Shown: one piece after another, positions 58,528-64,000 of the stretch
Numbering within the stretch: position 1 is the first letter of the stretch
How the letters are laid out: each line of letters opens with the position of its first letter
DNA from: Takakia lepidozioides
Taxonomy: Eukaryota > Plantae > Bryophyta
DNA: 64,000 nucleotides
Direction: 5' to 3'
NCBI GenBank assembly: GCA_030704615.1
Contig: CM060732.1
Location: forward strand, 15,252,001 to 15,316,000
Program-made: the position numbers and the translations under genes
The notes under the pieces: generated by a model
Told to the model about the DNA's origin: nothing
What the model saw: only the letters and a program-made list of their open reading frames with translations
Database searches by the model: none

Positions 58528-61113
58528 TCAGTTTTTTGGAAAATCTGCAAATTCATCTTGCCGCCATCTTATTATGGGTACCCCACAATGGAATATGCAC
58601 AGGCACATGAGGAAGCAAATCAGCCTTGTATGCCAATTGTTTGTCCTCATCAGGTGATGGCCTATAGGAGATGGCGATCTTGAACATGTAGGGCTTGCGG
58701 TGCTCGACGATACGTCCTCGGGCAACATTACGGGACCACGAGGGAGCGTGCGAATATTCTTATCAGCTCGCCAGGAATCCTCTTCTCCGCCAGGTAGCTC
58801 GTCAAGTCTTCGTCTCACTGGACAGGTGTGAACATCTTCTTCCAAGTGTTGGCCTCTTCGAAGCAATGGCGTGTCTCGAAGGCCCTCTCGCAAGGCTGTT
58901 GCCCACTTCCGAGGATTCTTGGATCTGGAGGCAGTCCGCATCAGCATTTCTTGCCTGTCCGGCCCCAAGCCCCACTGTTTCCCTTTCAAGAACTTGTTGT
59001 ACCTGGATTGCTGCATAATTGACCTCACAATGTCCTCCGTTGTGGCAGTGAGGATGTCCACCAGATGCGCCGCAGAGGAGGCACGCCAGGAAGAATGTAC
59101 TGATTCGGCCATGTTTGTTGTCGGCATGTCAGTGTCGGAGTCCAGACACATTTCCTGCACATGCACATTCCCAGGTTAGAAGCAAGTTACAAATAATGAC
59201 TAGCATAATATTGAACGGGACGTGAAATTGTCTAACTCACCTCCCGCATATAGTCGCTGAACTGGAGGAAATGATAATGCCACCATGCTAGCCAACTGAC
59301 CATTGCTCTCTCGTCTGATTTCCTTACAGCACCTGACGTTGTCCACCAAGCCTGTATACATGCAAACTGTGTCTCTGCATCATCCAAGGTGGGAGCACGC
59401 TTCCACGCAAGATATATAGAACGGTGGTCCTCACTGAATTCTGGCGCCACAAGCCTCGTTGTGTACTGCGACAAGCTCTAGAGAAAATAGAACCCACAAG
59501 ATCTCTCATTGCCTTCAATTGGAACATTGGGGTCTTCCCCGTACACCCTTCGGATTGCAGCCCAATTTGCTTATGCGTTGTCCGCCATGAAACCACGGAA
59601 ATTTGGCAGGGGCAATCCCGCCCTTGCCATTTGTTCATTTATTCCCTGCCAAAGAAGCATTCGATTGTGTGTCCTCCCCTTTCATCTCACAAATAACAAT
59701 TGTCATTAGCATTGTGCAGTGGGGGTCGTAGACATGTGCACCCATTGTCACCTACTGGTGACTTGTAATTCGCTTGATATGGTCGAACATGACCCAACTA
59801 CTTTACAAGTCTCCACTCGTCATCTGGTGGACCAGATCCACACCGTTGCTAGGCCCACACGTTGACATTTTGAATACGAACAACGATCTGCCTCAGTCCC
59901 TTGTCCTGGAAACCGACTTCCATGAATGTAGTCATATCACATCGTCGCTTCACCTCCAGAATGGAGTGCATATCCGAGCCTCGCCCAATTCTCTGTTTGC
60001 AGGAGACAATGTGGTTTCAGGCATTCGGTGAACAGACATGGGACATTGACTCCAGCAATGCCTCCATTTCCTTCTCATCGAGAGGAACTTTGTCGGAGCC
60101 ATATTCCGACATTATTCTGCCCAATGCAATCTTATGGGCGACCTGCAGCTGTATCTGTTTGGGTTTGGCACTAGGTCTCAACTTAACCTCCTCTGAATGA
60201 GCTGCTCTGCCTCCTGGGCAGCCTCCCACGAGTTCCCCCTCGCCAATTTGTGACAATGCACACCAACGTGTATGTAAGCTCGTGTGAGGTCAGGGAAACG
60301 GTGGCACACATAGAACTGCTTGGCATTACAAACAGACATGCAATGTGGTGGTTCTTTGCAATGCGCACACTTAAATGTGGAGTTTGGAACCTTTTCCTGA
60401 GCTCGAAATGGTTGATGAGTTGTGCCTGTCCAATCCGTCTCATTCCTGTGACCTTCTGGATTTAAAGTGGAAGCAAGTTGGGGAGAAACACCACAGCGCG
60501 CCCGCACACCATCGAGCATCTTCATGCTGGTGATTTTGGTGACGCACCAAGGATGACCGTCATGTTTCCTATCCGTATCTGTCAACATTCCGGATGCCCT
60601 AGAATGGTCCGTTTGAGGAGGGAACTCAAAAAATATATTGTCGTCGACGTCTGCGGGAAGGCGTGTCATGGATTTGATTGTGAACTTGCTGTAGTCCAGC
60701 CCAGCCAGCTCGGAGCGGTGTCCCTATGTCTGAAGCCCTTGCAAAATATCAAGAATGGATCGAGTTGCTGAGCTCGTGCTGGGAATATGACTCCCTCGTC
60801 CGCTAATGTCCATTGAGGACTTGTCTGATCTCCAGGATGATCTTGGAACTTCCATGACCTCATATGAGTCGGACAGATTGTGAACAACCTGGTTCTCGCT
60901 CATCTTCATTGATGGGGTCGGCTCTGGATTAACTTCGTTGTGGATTTCTCTCTTTGAGGTACCAACTCTCTGATTCGCGGATTGTTTTGTGGAAGGCGGC
61001 AGGATAGAAGGCGCATTTGGCGGGCAAATGAAGTCCCCAACAACCCTGTATATGACGTTGTCCGATGGTGGAACTTGCCATTCCCTGCCGTCACCGAAAT
61101 CATCGTGGAGCAC
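58528..61113 (-). pseudogene. Mutator-like (MULE DDE) transposase with N-terminal Cys/His-rich domain, degraded ('element B')
   Basis: NIFFEFPP...DGHPW; CAHC...C...CNAK...HVGVHCH; WVMFDHIKR (D1, about 59783); GFMADNA*ANW (D2, about 59579); ERSCGFY (CxxH position); TTNMAESVH (E, about 59105). Intron 59155-59240. Several stops. Confidence 0.78.
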
Positions 61114-62699
61114 AACAATACTTTTGACTACAACTCCATTTCAATCCTTCATTTCCTCCTCCAGGAATACTGACCCCAGTTTCAGGTGGTATCGGACGCA
61201 AAGATATTTCTCCATCACCCGACAGATCCCCCCTCTGCACGGAAATGTAGCTCTATGCTCGTGAGGAGTACACTATAGTGCTCGAGTTTTCAGCCATGGG
61301 AGATGTGCACACAAGACTGCGACCACGGCGTTCGGGCAAGCTCCCTGGGAGAAGCGGGATGCAGCGAGGGAAAGCAATGCAAGGCCGATCTTTCCGAGCG
61401 ACGAAGCCTATTCACGAATCCGGCGAGCCCACACTCCCAAAAATCCACTGTCAGAGTTTTCATGATCCTTGTCTCGGAATGCGGCCCCTGGCCTTTGCGC
61501 AATAACGGCCAACGGTATGCAGTCAGAAGGCTGCAGACCTGTGCAGGTGCCCTGCGCAAACCAATAATTGCGGCGTCTGACGAGAAGCATGGGGGGGCGA
61601 GCGTGCAAGCACCTTCCCCATGGACAGAGGGAACTGAAAGAGGTGGCATTCCAGAGGGTCTGATTACAAGCTTGAGTGTTGGACCCTCTCACCCAAAAGT
61701 CAACATTCAACAAAATGCAACATTGCACAAAAAGTGGAACTTTGATTCAAAGGAAAACATTTATTAATAATGAACTGTGACAAGTATGCATGCCCTTACA
61801 AGCCAAGGTAAGCCAAAAGTATGCATGCAGTCCATGCTCGGCGAAGTTGGGAATTTGCTGCCGTGTTGCACTGTTCTCACCAAGAAGTTGGAACCTCGAT
61901 TGGCCTCTCAACAAGCTCATGACTGACAAGGTGTCGGTAAGTGAAGACAATGGATGCAGCCCGTTCCCCTTTGGTGTAGTGGACAACGGTGTCATGTCCT
62001 CCGATATATGCACCATCGTAAATGGAGATCTTTGTTGTGGAGACTCTATGTCCATAGGACTTATCCTCGTAGCTTATGAGAATGTCCCCATAGACTGTTT
62101 ACGAGGGAATCCTCTGAGGCCTATATGTACAGCCAATGCAATCCTCGTAGGCCCACTGGCAGCACCTCCAATGATATAGGAAGGTTGTGCTGCTTTTGGG
62201 GATGTTCCATGCAAGCGGATACTGCAGATCAACGATTCGTAGGCACCACAGCCGCGCAAGTCCGTCCCCGCAAGGCTGATCATGGAAGCCAAGAAGGTAC
62301 TCAAGAGCGGACAGGTGGACCCGCCTCTGCTGAGACTGGTCTATCCAATCCTGCAGGAATATGAAAATGTCCCTGACTTGGGCGAGAAGTCCCACGGGGT
62401 GAGACCCTTGTTGGGGCAATTGCTGGGATCCCGGCACGCCATCGCCAAGTATTGACAGGGCTGCCAGGAAGCAAAGAGGGCGCGCAAGGAAGTGGGAGTG
62501 TGGGAGGAGAGGAAGTGAGAGGATCTCAGAGCAAGGAACTGGCGTTGCTCGCTCGGTTTGAAACGCAGTGGGTGACGGGGAAATTTGGACAAGTGGCAAA
62601 CAAATGCGTAGCATTTAATATGCCCGTACCCGGGAATGAGGCGCAGCATTAACTTTGTGGTCGGTTCCATAAAACCGCGTCCCGCAAAACACCTCCCGG

Positions 62700-63080
62700 G
62701 GGGAGATGGCGCCAACATGTTCATCCAAGTCCATCCCCTTGATGGAAAAACGGCGCCCAATTTGCATGATGGGGGGTTTGGATGGAGTCATCTCGGGGGT
62801 AGGGATGGACAGGTGGCACTCCAAGTCCATCCCCCGGATGGAAAAACGCCGCCGAATTTCCATCCGAGGGGGCTCGGATGAAGTCGTTGGGGGCAATGAC
62901 GCAATGGCGTGAGCGTTGCGCGTGAGCGCGCGAGCGTACGCTCACGCAGGAGTGACGTGGCGTGAGCGTCATGTCGGCATGCTGATGTGGTGGTAAATGA
63001 TGACGTGGCACTGTCCGTCATCTGCCACGTCAGCATTAACATGCACCGCCTATAACCGTGGATGGTCCTATGACCGTGGA
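62700..63080. repeat. Probable other subterminal region of element B (GGATGGAAA...TTTCCATCC palindromes, CGTGAGC and TGACGTGGC motifs)
   Basis: GGATGGAAAAACGCCGCCGAATTTCCATCC at about 62836-62865; CGTGAGCG repeats 62908-62968; TGACGTGGCA/TGCCACGTCA pair 63001-63031. Confidence 0.5.
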
Positions 63081-63485
63081 ATTAATGCAGGGAATCTTGC
63101 CTAAATAGAATCAAGACGAGCGTTGAGGCCTACAATTGCAGCATCCAACATTGTGCAATTACAAATGCTTGTTTCACTTTTACAATTACGAGGACAAAAA
63201 ATATCCTCACAAAGTGTGCACCATAAAGGCTGCCACGGGAAGACCTTCCTCCCTCCTCAAATAACAATGAGAGTTAGGATCATCTTCAAAAGATGATTGT
63301 AGTGCATAGCGACAGCAAGACATGTAGACTTCGAACGGTGCAATGACAAATGTGCACTACCTAAAAGTTGTCACTCAGAGCTCACTCCGTATAGTTGGAG
63401 GCCATATCATTGCACCGCCGACGAATTGATGTGAATTACACATTTCAAATCATGGTCGTCCACATACCACATTGCATAGTTGATG

Positions 63486-64000
63486 CTACCCATGTGTTGT
63501 ATCCTGCTGCAAAAGAGTATCGACCTCGTTGAAACTCATAGTGGCCTGGTGAATGAAGTTGTCACGTTTGGGATCGCAAACCATCCTCTTCAAAAATATG
63601 AAATACAAATGTTTGCAGGGTATGAATTTACCTCTCTTGCCCAAACTGGTTGATAGCATATTCACAAAATCATGACATGTGCAATTGGGGAAATTGGAAA
63701 CCGTGATGTCGTAGGTCCTGTCATGAACAGCAGATGTGGAAGTGATGATTGTGAATACCTGACCATATCCTGGATCGGGTACTTCCGTGGTGCTTCCAAC
63801 ACGAGCTTGGAGCATTCTTGCGGACTCCACTTTGCCAAAGTGTTCAGCGGTTGGAGGGAAACGCCGAACGAGCTTTCCATCTCGTTTGGTTGGCCACAAG
63901 TCAGGATTTGCCGGGGGGACCCGGGAGGACGCAGAAGTAGTAGCACATGCATGGAGTTGGGGTTGTCTCACAAGGGAAAAACCTGCCTCCTCCAGCATTT
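63486..64000 (-). CDS. 3' end of another Mutator-like transposase/SWIM gene (continues beyond the window)
   Basis: Open frame LEEAGF...PGYGQVFTI...YDITVSNFPNCTCHDF...CKHLYFIF...FIHQATMSFNEV (SWIM finger). Confidence 0.8.
   Translation of the reverse strand, partial: MLEEAGFSLVRQPQLHACATTSASSRVPPANPDLWPTKRDGKLVRRFPPTAEHFGKVESARMLQARVGSTTEVPDPGYGQVFTIITSTSAVHDRTYDITVSNFPNCTCHDFVNMLSTSLGKRGKFIPCKHLYFIFLKRMVCDPKRDNFIHQATMSFNEVDTLLQQDTTHG

Overview
This is eukaryotic nuclear DNA from a land plant, probably a non-seed plant such as a bryophyte; that placement is inferred from the transposon families. The left half (1-30 kb) holds one apparently intact 8-exon host gene, plastid BASS1. Around it lie pseudogenes of FY/WDR33, a purine permease and a purple acid phosphatase, four copies of one APE-RT-CCHC LINE family that has no poly(A) tail, and several MITEs. 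The right half (30-64 kb) is nested transposons, with two standouts. (1) A large Mutator-like/SWIM element (about 31.8-43 kb) carries a spliced, now-disrupted gene with a ParB/sulfiredoxin-type N-terminus (IYDGNHR) and a beta-class N4/N6 methyltransferase-like C-terminus, plus RING-H2 cargo. It also carries about 43 copies of a 30-bp palindrome (GGACGGAAATGCGGCGCCGCATTTCCGTCC) spaced mostly at whole helical turns, even where the spacers are unrelated, and about a dozen dispersed 16-bp TAGTCG-N4-CGACTA palindromes. This is a candidate parS/ParB-like module inside a eukaryotic transposon. (2) A Ty3/Gypsy element has a DNMT3/DRM-like C5 cytosine methyltransferase between its protease and RT. A related Mutator-like transposase (58.5-61.1 kb) with its own GGCGCC-core palindromes and a second SWIM tail complete the window. 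All domain calls come from motif recognition by eye; no searches were run.
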